64,000 nt of DNA, taken from the NCBI GenBank assembly GCA_045591265.1, contig JAZNSQ010000019.1, positions 102,531 to 166,530 of the forward strand, given 5' to 3'. Under the pieces are notes generated by a model that saw nothing but the letters and a program-made list of their open reading frames with translations, was not told where the DNA came from and did no database searches. The position numbers and the translations under genes were made by a program. Each line of letters starts with the position of its first letter. Position 1 is the stretch's first letter. This document shows, one piece after another, positions 28,540-36,381 of this stretch. Source of the stretch: Clostridia bacterium (GTDB taxonomy: Bacteria > Bacillota > Clostridia > UMGS1883).

Positions 28540-31500
28540 ATGGCAAGAAATAAGAAAACTATGGATGGTAACACCGCCGCAGCATATGTCTCATATGCGT
28601 TTACTGACGTTGCAGCCATCTATCCCATTACACCTTCCTCAAACATGGCAGAGGTAACGGACGAATGGGCAGCAAAAGGTAAGAAGAATATGTTCGGCAG
28701 AACAGTAAAGATTGCTGAAATGCAGTCAGAGGGCGGTGCTGCAGGTGCAGTTCACGGTTCTCTTACAGCAGGTGCGCTTACAACTACTTACACAGCGAGC
28801 CAGGGTCTCTTACTTATGATTCCGAATATGTACAAAATAGCAGGTGAGCTTTTGCCGTCAGTTATTAACGTATCTGCACGTGCGCTTGCATCTCATGCGC
28901 TTTCTATCTTCGGTGACCATCAGGACGTATATGCATGCCGTCAGACAGGTTATGCTATGCTTTGTTCTGTAAACCCGCAGGAAGCTATGGACCTCGGTGC
29001 AGTTGCTCATCTTACAACAATTAAATCAAGAGTTCCGTTCCTTCATTTCTTTGATGGTTTCAGAACTTCTCATGAATATCAGAAGGTTGAATGCTGGGAT
29101 GACGAACAGCTTAAAAAGCTCGTTGATATGGATGCTGTTGAAGCATTCCGCCGTCGCAGTCTTAACCCCGAGCATCCCGCTCAGCGCGGTACTGCACAGA
29201 ACCCTGACGTTTTCTTCCAGGCAAAAGAAGCAAACAACAAGTTCTACGATGCAGTTCCCGACCTTTGCCAGGAATATATGGACAAGGTTAACAAGGAAAT
29301 CGGTACAGATTACAAGCTCTTTAACTACTACGGTGCTGCAGATGCAGAGCATGTAATAGTTGCAATGGGCAGTGCCTGCGATACAATCCAGGAAACTGTT
29401 GACTACCTTGTAAAGAATGGTGCTAAGGTTGGTCTTATCAAGGTTAGACTTTACAGACCTTTCAGCGCAAAACATCTTATCGAAGCTATCCCTGCTTCAG
29501 TTAAGAAAATCAGCGTTCTTGACAGAACAAAAGAATGCGGTTCAATCGGTGAGCCTCTTTACCTTGACGTTGTGGCTGCTCTTCGCGACAGCAAGTTTAA
29601 GGATGTAGAAATCTTTGGCGGTCGCTATGGTCTTGGTTCAAAGGATACAACTCCTGCACAGATTATCGCAGTTTACAATAATAATGATAAGAAGAGATTT
29701 ACAGTGGGCATCAATGATGATGTTACATTTACATCTCTTGAAATTACAGAAAATCCCGACACAACTCCTGAAGGAATTACAAGCTGTAAGTTCTGGGGTC
29801 TTGGTGCTGACGGTACTGTTGGTGCTAACAAGAACTCTGTTAAGATTATCGGTGACCACACTGATATGAACGTACAGGCTTACTTTGACTATGACTCAAA
29901 GAAGTCAGGCGGTCTTACAGTATCTCACCTTCGTTTCGGTAATGCTAAAATCACAAGCACATACCTTATCAATAAGGCTGACTTCGTTGCTTGCCACAAG
30001 GCTTCATATATCAGAAAATATGATATGGTTAGCGACGTTAAGCCCGGCGGTGTATTCCTTCTTAACTGCCCCTGGACAAAGGCTGAAGAATTTGAAGCTC
30101 ACATCCCCGGTCAGGTTAAGCGCTACATCGCAGAAAACAACATCCAGTTCTATGTAATTGACGGTGTTGCTATCGGTAAGGAAATCGGTCTTGGAAACAG
30201 AATTAACACTGTTCTTCAGAGTGCATTTTTCAAGCTTGCAAACATTATCCCTGCTGAAGATGCAATTCGCTACATGAAGGATGCAGCTACAGCTTCATAC
30301 TCAAAGAAGGGTGAAGCAATCGTTAAGATGAACCATGATGCTATCGATATGGGTGCAGAAAAGGTTGTTAAGGTTGACGTTCCTGCTTCCTGGAAGGATG
30401 CAAAGGATGAAGACCTTACTTCAAAGGTTGACGGAAGCGGTAAGCTTGTTGATTACATCAATAACATTCTTAACCCCATCAACTCTTTTGCAGGCATGAA
30501 GCTCCCCGTATCAGCATTCGTTCCTTACGCTGATGGTGAAGTTCCGCTTGGTTCTTCAGCATTTGAAAAGAGAGGAATTGCAATTGACGTTCCTGAATGG
30601 AGAAGCGAAAACTGTATCCAGTGTAACTTCTGTTCTTACGTTTGTCCTCACGCTTGTATCCGTCCTGTAGTTCTTACAGAGGAAGAAGCAAAGAATGCGC
30701 CTGAAGGCATCAAGTATATCAATATGACTGGTCTTAACGGACTTTACTTTGCAATGGCAGTATCTGTGCTTGACTGTACAGGTTGCGGTTCTTGCGCAAA
30801 CGTATGTCCCGGTAAGAAGGGCGAGAAGGCTCTCTTGATGCAGCCTCTCGAAACTCAGGAAGCTCAGCAGGCAGTATTTAACTACGGCACAAAGCTTCCC
30901 TCAAAGCCTGAAGTTCTTGAGAAATTTAAGGAAACAACAGTTAAGGGCAGCCAGTTCAAGCAGCCTCTCCTTGAATTCTCTGGCGCTTGCGCAGGCTGTG
31001 GCGAAACACCTTATGCAAAACTCGTAACTCAGCTCTATGGCGATAAGATGTATATTGCAAACGCAACAGGTTGTTCTTCAATCTGGGGTGGTAGCTGTCC
31101 GTCAACTCCTTATACAACAAACGAAAAGGGCGAAGGTCCTGCTTGGGCTAACTCACTCTTTGAAGATAACGCAGAATACGGCTATGGTATGTATCTTGCA
31201 CAGAACACTCTTCGTGAAGACCTTGTAAGCAAGGTAGAAGCAGTAAGCGAAAAGGCAAATGACGCAGATAAGGCAGTAATCGCTAAATACCTTGAAACAA
31301 AAGAAGATGTAAACGCTAACAAGGTTGCAACTGCAGAGCTTGTTGAAGTTCTTGCTAAAATGAACACACCTGAAGCTGCACAAATCCTTAAGGATAAAGA
31401 ATACCTTTCAAAGAAATCCGTTTGGATTCTTGGTGGTGACGGTTGGGCATACGATATCGGCTACGGCGGTCTTGACCACGTGCTTGCAAGCGGTGACGAT

Positions 31501-32058
31501 GTAAACATCCTTGTATTCGATACAGAGGTTTACTCAAACACAGGTGGTCAGTCATCTAAATCTACTCCTACAGGTGCTATTGCGAAGTTCGCAGCAGCAG
31601 GTAAGGAAGTTAAGAAGAAAGACCTTGCAGCTATCGCTATGAGCTACGGTTATGTATACGTTGCACAGGTTGCGCAGGGTGCTGATTACAACCAGTGTAT
31701 GAAAGCATTTGTTGAAGCAGGCACATACAATGGTCCTTCAATCGTTATTGCATACGCTCCGTGTATCAACCACGGTATCAAAGGTGGTATGAGCATCGCT
31801 CAGACAGAAGAAAAGAGAGCTGTTCAGGCTGGTTACTGGCATCTCTTCCGCTTCGACCCCAGAAGAGCAGAAGAAGGACTTAATCCCTTCCAGCTTGACT
31901 CTAAAGAGCCGACAGAAAGCTATGAAGAGTTCCTTATGAACGAAGTTCGTTACAATTCTCTTGCTCGCAGTAATCCTGACAGAGCAAAGGCACTCTTTGA
32001 AAAAGCAGCACAGACTGCAAAAGCTAAATATGAGCATCTTGTAGAGCTTGCAAAATAA
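28540..32058 (+). CDS. nifJ: Pyruvate:ferredoxin (flavodoxin) oxidoreductase
   Basis: YPITPS, SEGGAAG, two 4Fe-4S motifs (CIQCNFC, CTGCGSC), GACAGCGE, GDGW, YSNTGGQ. Confidence 0.97.
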   Translation: MARNKKTMDGNTAAAYVSYAFTDVAAIYPITPSSNMAEVTDEWAAKGKKNMFGRTVKIAEMQSEGGAAGAVHGSLTAGALTTTYTASQGLLLMIPNMYKIAGELLPSVINVSARALASHALSIFGDHQDVYACRQTGYAMLCSVNPQEAMDLGAVAHLTTIKSRVPFLHFFDGFRTSHEYQKVECWDDEQLKKLVDMDAVEAFRRRSLNPEHPAQRGTAQNPDVFFQAKEANNKFYDAVPDLCQEYMDKVNKEIGTDYKLFNYYGAADAEHVIVAMGSACDTIQETVDYLVKNGAKVGLIKVRLYRPFSAKHLIEAIPASVKKISVLDRTKECGSIGEPLYLDVVAALRDSKFKDVEIFGGRYGLGSKDTTPAQIIAVYNNNDKKRFTVGINDDVTFTSLEITENPDTTPEGITSCKFWGLGADGTVGANKNSVKIIGDHTDMNVQAYFDYDSKKSGGLTVSHLRFGNAKITSTYLINKADFVACHKASYIRKYDMVSDVKPGGVFLLNCPWTKAEEFEAHIPGQVKRYIAENNIQFYVIDGVAIGKEIGLGNRINTVLQSAFFKLANIIPAEDAIRYMKDAATASYSKKGEAIVKMNHDAIDMGAEKVVKVDVPASWKDAKDEDLTSKVDGSGKLVDYINNILNPINSFAGMKLPVSAFVPYADGEVPLGSSAFEKRGIAIDVPEWRSENCIQCNFCSYVCPHACIRPVVLTEEEAKNAPEGIKYINMTGLNGLYFAMAVSVLDCTGCGSCANVCPGKKGEKALLMQPLETQEAQQAVFNYGTKLPSKPEVLEKFKETTVKGSQFKQPLLEFSGACAGCGETPYAKLVTQLYGDKMYIANATGCSSIWGGSCPSTPYTTNEKGEGPAWANSLFEDNAEYGYGMYLAQNTLREDLVSKVEAVSEKANDADKAVIAKYLETKEDVNANKVATAELVEVLAKMNTPEAAQILKDKEYLSKKSVWILGGDGWAYDIGYGGLDHVLASGDDVNILVFDTEVYSNTGGQSSKSTPTGAIAKFAAAGKEVKKKDLAAIAMSYGYVYVAQVAQGADYNQCMKAFVEAGTYNGPSIVIAYAPCINHGIKGGMSIAQTEEKRAVQAGYWHLFRFDPRRAEEGLNPFQLDSKEPTESYEEFLMNEVRYNSLARSNPDRAKALFEKAAQTAKAKYEHLVELAK

Positions 32059-32067
32059 TAGTTAACT

Positions 32068-32098
32068 AAAAACACCGCAGATTCTGCGGTGTTTTTTT
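32068..32098 (+). terminator. Intrinsic terminator after nifJ
   Basis: AAAAACACCGCAG/CTGCGGTGTTTTTTT. Confidence 0.8.
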
Positions 32099-32197
32099 GT
32101 TTTATAAAATATACAAGTGAAAATCATTGGCAACTCCTGAAATATTTTTATGTTTGTGGTAGAATAATAACATAATTAGAGAAAGGAAGTTGTTCAA

Positions 32198-33040
32198 ATG
32201 TTTAAAGCAATAACCCAGGATTTAATTGAAAATTTTAGAAATTATCTAATTGACGAAGAAAAAGCGTCTGCTACACTGGAAAAGTACATGCGCGATATCA
32301 AGGCTTTTTATGAGTGGATCGGTGAGACTGAAATTGACAAGCGTAAGGTGCTTGATTACAAGGAATACTTAACATGTAAATTTGCTCCGGCATCGGTTAA
32401 CTCGATTTTATCTTCTCTTAACAGTTTTTTTTCATATAATAACTGGCATGAGTTGAAGGTTAAAATACTTAAAATACAAAAGCAGATTTTTGCTCAAAAC
32501 GACAGGATTCTTTCAAAATCAGAGTATGAAAGATTGCTTGACTCTGCAAAAGAAAAAAGCAACCAAAGACTGTATCTGTTGATGCAGACTATATGTGCAA
32601 GCGGAATACGTGTATCAGAGCTACAGTATATAACAGTTGAAGCCATAATGCAGAGAAAGGCAACTATTAATTGCAAAGGCAAAATGAGGGTTGTGATATT
32701 ACCCAAAGATCTTTGTAAAGTTCTTTTAGAATATGCGAAAAAACAAAAAATAGCAGGTGGTTCCATTTTTGTTACCAAAAAAGGAAAGCCACTTGATAGA
32801 AGCACTATATGGAAAATGATGAAATCCCTTTGTGAAAGTGCGGGAGTTTCTGAAAAGAAAGTGTTTCCGCATAATTTAAGACATCTTTTTGCACGCACCT
32901 TTTATACCTTACAAAAGGACATCGTAAGACTTGCAGATATATTAGGCCATTCGAGCGTAAACACCACGCGTATATATACAATGGAAAGCGGTGAAGTTCA
33001 CCGCCGGCAAATTCAAAAATTAGGACTTTTAAGAATATAA
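32198..33040 (+). CDS. Tyrosine recombinase (Xer-like, probable invertase)
   Basis: 280 aa with complete catalytic set: GIRVSEL (R), KGK (K), HNLRH (HxxR), LGH, TRIY (Y). Confidence 0.93.
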   Translation: MFKAITQDLIENFRNYLIDEEKASATLEKYMRDIKAFYEWIGETEIDKRKVLDYKEYLTCKFAPASVNSILSSLNSFFSYNNWHELKVKILKIQKQIFAQNDRILSKSEYERLLDSAKEKSNQRLYLLMQTICASGIRVSELQYITVEAIMQRKATINCKGKMRVVILPKDLCKVLLEYAKKQKIAGGSIFVTKKGKPLDRSTIWKMMKSLCESAGVSEKKVFPHNLRHLFARTFYTLQKDIVRLADILGHSSVNTTRIYTMESGEVHRRQIQKLGLLRI

Positions 33041-33050
33041 AATAAATCCC

Positions 33051-33068
33051 ACATAATCGAAATTATGT
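33051..33068 (+). repeat. Left dif-like recombination site (IR-L) ACATAA-TCGAAA-TTATGT
   Basis: Exact reverse complement of 33314-33331; embedded in perfect palindrome 33044-33075. Confidence 0.85.
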
Positions 33069-33107
33069 GGGATTTTTATTTCCTGATACAGTATTAATAG
33101 CGTGGAT

Positions 33108-33136
33108 ATTATATCATCCGCAAAGGAGCTTGTCAA
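33108..33136 (-). promoter_or_regulatory. Perfect sigmaA promoter with extended -10 inside invertible segment
   Basis: minus strand TTGACA-agctcctttgcggaTGa-TATAAT (17-bp spacer), A-rich UP-like region upstream. Confidence 0.85.
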
Positions 33137-33175
33137 TGATTTTTAAGTTTTTTTTTGAATTTTGTTACTTTTCAC

Positions 33176-33250
33176 AAAAAAATACATAGCCAAACAGACC
33201 AGTTTTATAAAATGAACAAAAAACCGGTCTATAAGCTATGCAATTTTTTT
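33176..33250 (-). terminator. Long interrupted hairpin with U-tract inside invertible segment
   Basis: CATAGC/GCTATG and AGACC.GTTTT/AAAAC.GGTCT stems; two A-C mismatches become G-U on minus strand; A7/T7 flanks. Confidence 0.5.
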
Positions 33251-33313
33251 AAAAAGATATGTGTATGCCATGGGTAATAGTTCCTTTTGATGTCTGATTC
33301 ATTATGTCTTGCA

Positions 33314-33331
33314 ACATAATTTCGATTATGT
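33314..33331 (-). repeat. Right dif-like recombination site (IR-R) ACATAA-TTTCGA-TTATGT
   Basis: Reverse complement of 33051-33068; embedded in near-perfect palindrome 33305-33340. Confidence 0.85.
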
Positions 33332-33361
33332 TGTAAGACAATTTTTTAAGAACTCTTGTAA

Positions 33362-33499
33362 TCAGCAATACATAAAAAGCTATTTATATTATATTTAACT
33401 AATGTGACTGTAATGCCGTACATAAGAGGGAAGGGTATCAACAAGGCAGATATGGAATTAGTAGAATTAATGCGCGTAATTGGAAGGTCAGGTAGGTAA
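33362..33499 (+). pseudogene. Possible GNAT acetyltransferase remnant
   Basis: Frame truncated by an upstream stop reads YLTNVTVMPYIRGKGINKADME, resembling GNAT motif A. Confidence 0.3.
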
Positions 33500-33502
33500 A
33501 TA

Positions 33503-33781
33503 ATGACTACTGAAAAGCAGATAAGAATTTTATTATGGTTGTTCGTTGTGATATGCGTCATAGCTGTACTTATAATGAAGTTTATCAAATCGTTATATTT
33601 CCCATTTGTTATGGAACGTGATTTTTTGCGTATGGAAATAGGTAGAAATCGCGGAAGAGAGAAAAGAAGGTGGGAACGAGAACTCAAATGGTTTTATATG
33701 TCTCATATTCCAATTATAGGAACTTTTCTTGCTTGGGAAAGCAAGAAAAGGTATAACCGAAAAAAGCGAAGAAAAATATAA
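33503..33781 (+). CDS. Small hypothetical membrane protein (N-terminal TM, basic C-terminus)
   Basis: 92 aa ORF, AGGT RBS-like, hydrophobic residues ~9-26. Confidence 0.65.
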   Translation: MTTEKQIRILLWLFVVICVIAVLIMKFIKSLYFPFVMERDFLRMEIGRNRGREKRRWERELKWFYMSHIPIIGTFLAWESKKRYNRKKRRKI

Positions 33782-33947
33782 TTAATCATTAGGTTTTACA
33801 TAAATAGTCAACAGAGATTGAGGAGCGTTGACACTACTACCTATAGGTAGATTTATATAAGTGGTTTCTTTTAATAACACGGCTGGGAAAATATTTTTGA
33901 AATAAATTAAATGAAAGCGCTTTAGGATAATACAGAGGTGGCAGTAA

Positions 33948-34130
33948 ATGAATAAAAAGAATGATAATAAAAATTCCCCTTGCCCAAATTGTAAAACGGG
34001 GATGGAGAGCTATATTATTGACCCTGGGTCTTGCACGTGCCCGTATCTTTGCTGCCTCAAGGAAAATGAATGTGCCTACTACGTTCCTATAAGCAAGGAA
34101 AAGAACGACAAATTTTCTCCTATTATATAG
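33948..34130 (+). CDS. Small Cys-rich hypothetical protein
   Basis: 60 aa, GAGGTG RBS, CPNC...CTCPYLCC.....C; followed by terminator. Confidence 0.6.
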   Translation: MNKKNDNKNSPCPNCKTGMESYIIDPGSCTCPYLCCLKENECAYYVPISKEKNDKFSPII

Positions 34131-34132
34131 TT

Positions 34133-34182
34133 AAAAAACATCGCGGGAATTTGGGATGATACCCTTCCTGCGGTGTTTTTTT
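34133..34182. terminator. Bidirectional terminator closing the islet
   Basis: AAAAAACATCGCGGGAA/TTCCTGCGGTGTTTTTTT. Confidence 0.65.
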
Positions 34183-34627
34183 ACACTGATATAATATTTA
34201 ACTTTTTTCTTTTGGCGTGTAAAAGCGTTTTGTCTGCGCCTGTTAGGTGGTTTTTTACGTAGCATATAATAAAGTTTGAGGTTTCGACCATATACTCGTT
34301 GCATTTAATTATGAAAAGTCGTTTTGGGGTGCTTTGGGGGATTGGTGCGACGATAATTTCGTCAAAGGCATTTTCGTAAAAATCTTTGTCTGTGTTAATT
34401 TCGCTCGTAAGATAGGGGATAACAAGGATGAGCTTTACGGGGTATTTCTTTTTAAGATTCCTTATCGCGCTTGCACTTAAGCGGTCAAATGCGCCGTAAT
34501 TTCCAACGCGAAATTCGGTGACATTTTCATTTAGTATCAGGTTTTCCGCATTTTTTATTATAGACGAAAAAATCTCACCATCGTCATATATATCACTGTG
34601 ACCTGCAAAACAACAAACTTTTTTCAA
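34181..34627 (-). CDS. SLOG-superfamily (DUF1273/YspA-like) protein
   Basis: CCFAGH, G.YG.FD, LVIPY, N.YMV..S...ICYV, GA..T...A; TTG start after GAGGTG. Confidence 0.72.
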   Translation of the reverse strand: MKKVCCFAGHSDIYDDGEIFSSIIKNAENLILNENVTEFRVGNYGAFDRLSASAIRNLKKKYPVKLILVIPYLTSEINTDKDFYENAFDEIIVAPIPQSTPKRLFIIKCNEYMVETSNFIICYVKNHLTGADKTLLHAKRKKLNIISV

Positions 34628-34758
34628 AATATACACCTCTTTTGTGTGTATTATAACACATAATAATATTAAATACAAACAAATTGTTATTAATACATAA
34701 CAATTTGTTTCTGCATATGCAGAATTTGTTAGGCTATAATGCTTATGAGGTGTTTTTT

Positions 34759-34986
34759 ATGAATCCAAAAAACTTCGATATATGGCTTGGAATAGGGCTT
34801 AATATACTTCACTATAGAAAAGAGCAGGGTATGACACAGATGCAACTTGCAGAAAAAGCTGGAATAAGTAATGCTTTTATGCAAAGGATTGAAACTGCAG
34901 CATCTTCTTGCACGCTTGACACGCTTATAGATATTGCAGATGCGCTTAAAATTCCGCTAAAGAAATTATTTGAATTTAAAGATTAA
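34759..34986 (+). CDS. XRE-family HTH transcriptional regulator
   Basis: IG.NI..YRKE.GMTQ.QLAEKAGIS....RIE. Confidence 0.88.
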   Translation: MNPKNFDIWLGIGLNILHYRKEQGMTQMQLAEKAGISNAFMQRIETAASSCTLDTLIDIADALKIPLKKLFEFKD

Positions 34987-35015
34987 AAATGTCAGCTGAT
35001 AGCTGACATTTTTTT
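34985..35015 (+). terminator. Intrinsic terminator
   Basis: AAAAATGTCAGCT/AGCTGACATTTTTTT. Confidence 0.75.
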
Positions 35016-35094
35016 ATGAAAAAAATTTTATCACCGACAAAAAACACTTTATTTCGACATCACACTATGATATAATAATATGGATATATTGTAG

Positions 35095-36381
35095 GTGATA
35101 GATTTGAATTTGCCTGAAGAATTTCTGCAAAGAATGAAAACAGACCTTAAAAATGAATATGAAAGCTTTGTTAAAAGCTACGAAAACCCGCCGTATATTG
35201 CACTAAGGGTAAATACTCTTAAGACTTCGGTTGAAGAATTTAAAGGAATTGTTGATTTTTGCGGCGGGAGTGTAGAGTGGTGTGAGGAAGGCTTTTACTA
35301 TGACGGGAAAAAGGGAAACCACCCCTCGAGCATTGCGGGACTTTTTTATTCGCAGGAGCCGTCAGCACAGATTAGTGCTGAGTTTTGCGACATAAAAAAG
35401 GGGGACAAGGTGCTTGACCTTTGCAGTGCCCCCGGCGGAAAAAGTACGCAGGCGGCGGCAAAGCTTTGTGGTGCAGGACTTTTGGTTTCGAATGAGCCAA
35501 TTCTCTCGCGTGCAAAAATTCTTAAGGAAAACATAGTCCGTATGGGAATTAAAAACGCAGTGGTCACAAATATGTATCCCGATAAAATGGAAAAGCATTT
35601 TGAAGGTTTTTTTGATAAAATAATTGTTGATGCCCCCTGCAGTGGTGAGGGGATGTTTAGAAAAGATGAAACTGCGGTAAGGGAGTGGAGCATAGAGCAT
35701 ACAATTTCCTGCGCACAGAGGCAAAGCCTTATACTTGACTCTGCATACAAAATGCTTAAATGCGGAGGAACTCTTGTATATTCTACCTGCACATTTTCAA
35801 AAGAAGAAAATGAAATGATGGCGGAAAATTTTACGAAAAAATATCCTGACATTTCGCTTTTACAAATGCACCGCCTTATGCCCCACAAAATTAAAGGGGA
35901 GGGGCATTTTTCCGCAGTATTTAAAAAAAGTGGAAATGAAAGTGACACTAAAAGAGCGCCGATAAAAACTGCGGATAAGAGCAGCATTGATATATACCGT
36001 GAATTTGAAAAGGAAAACCTAAATACATATCTTTCGGGGGATATAATTTCCTTTGGAGATGTTTTGTATCTTGCGCCCGAGCATATAGGAAGCCTTGACT
36101 CTCTTAAGTGCATTCTTTGTGGTCTTGAGCTTGGAGAGGTGCGAAAGGGGAGGTTTATCCCTGCGCATCATTTGTGTATGTCGCTTAAAAAAGAGGACTT
36201 TAAGCGCACGATATCCTTAAATGAAGGAGAAATAAGAAGGTATCTTTGCGGAGAGTCCATTGTGACTGAAGCGGAAAAAGGCTTTGGCGCGATGCTTTAT
36301 GAGAATAAATTTCCGATTGGTTGGTATAAATACAGCGAAAACCTAGCTAAAAATCATTATCCAAAATATTTGAGAGGATGA
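35095..36381 (+). CDS. rsmF: RsmF/RsmB-NOP family rRNA m5C methyltransferase
   Basis: QEPS, DLCSAPGGKS, DAPCSGEG, YSTCT, C-terminal KNHYPK. Confidence 0.85.
   Translation: MIDLNLPEEFLQRMKTDLKNEYESFVKSYENPPYIALRVNTLKTSVEEFKGIVDFCGGSVEWCEEGFYYDGKKGNHPSSIAGLFYSQEPSAQISAEFCDIKKGDKVLDLCSAPGGKSTQAAAKLCGAGLLVSNEPILSRAKILKENIVRMGIKNAVVTNMYPDKMEKHFEGFFDKIIVDAPCSGEGMFRKDETAVREWSIEHTISCAQRQSLILDSAYKMLKCGGTLVYSTCTFSKEENEMMAENFTKKYPDISLLQMHRLMPHKIKGEGHFSAVFKKSGNESDTKRAPIKTADKSSIDIYREFEKENLNTYLSGDIISFGDVLYLAPEHIGSLDSLKCILCGLELGEVRKGRFIPAHHLCMSLKKEDFKRTISLNEGEIRRYLCGESIVTEAEKGFGAMLYENKFPIGWYKYSENLAKNHYPKYLRG

Larger units (their letters stand above)
33051..33331. mobile_element. Putative invertible DNA segment carrying a promoter (phase-variation switch)
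   Basis: 18-bp perfect inverted repeats with asymmetric 6-bp cores, 10 bp after recombinase stop; internal consensus promoter. Confidence 0.78.

Noticed and set aside
33044-33340. Chromosomal dif site with XerS/XerH-type dimer-resolution recombinase
   Set aside because: There are two sites in inverted orientation around a promoter, and gene strand bias stays + on both sides, so this does not look like the replication terminus
33346-33687. 113-aa minus-strand ORF in the islet
   Set aside because: Shadow of the + strand 92-aa gene; no RBS or recognisable motif
33044-34182. Integron-like cassette array or CRISPR
   Set aside because: I found only two copies of the site and no regularly spaced repeats anywhere in the window
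35346-36113. Long antisense ORFs (255 aa opposite rsmF; similar ones opposite smc, nifJ, hydF, carboxyltransferase)
   Set aside because: Antisense shadows of well-supported genes with no motifs or RBS
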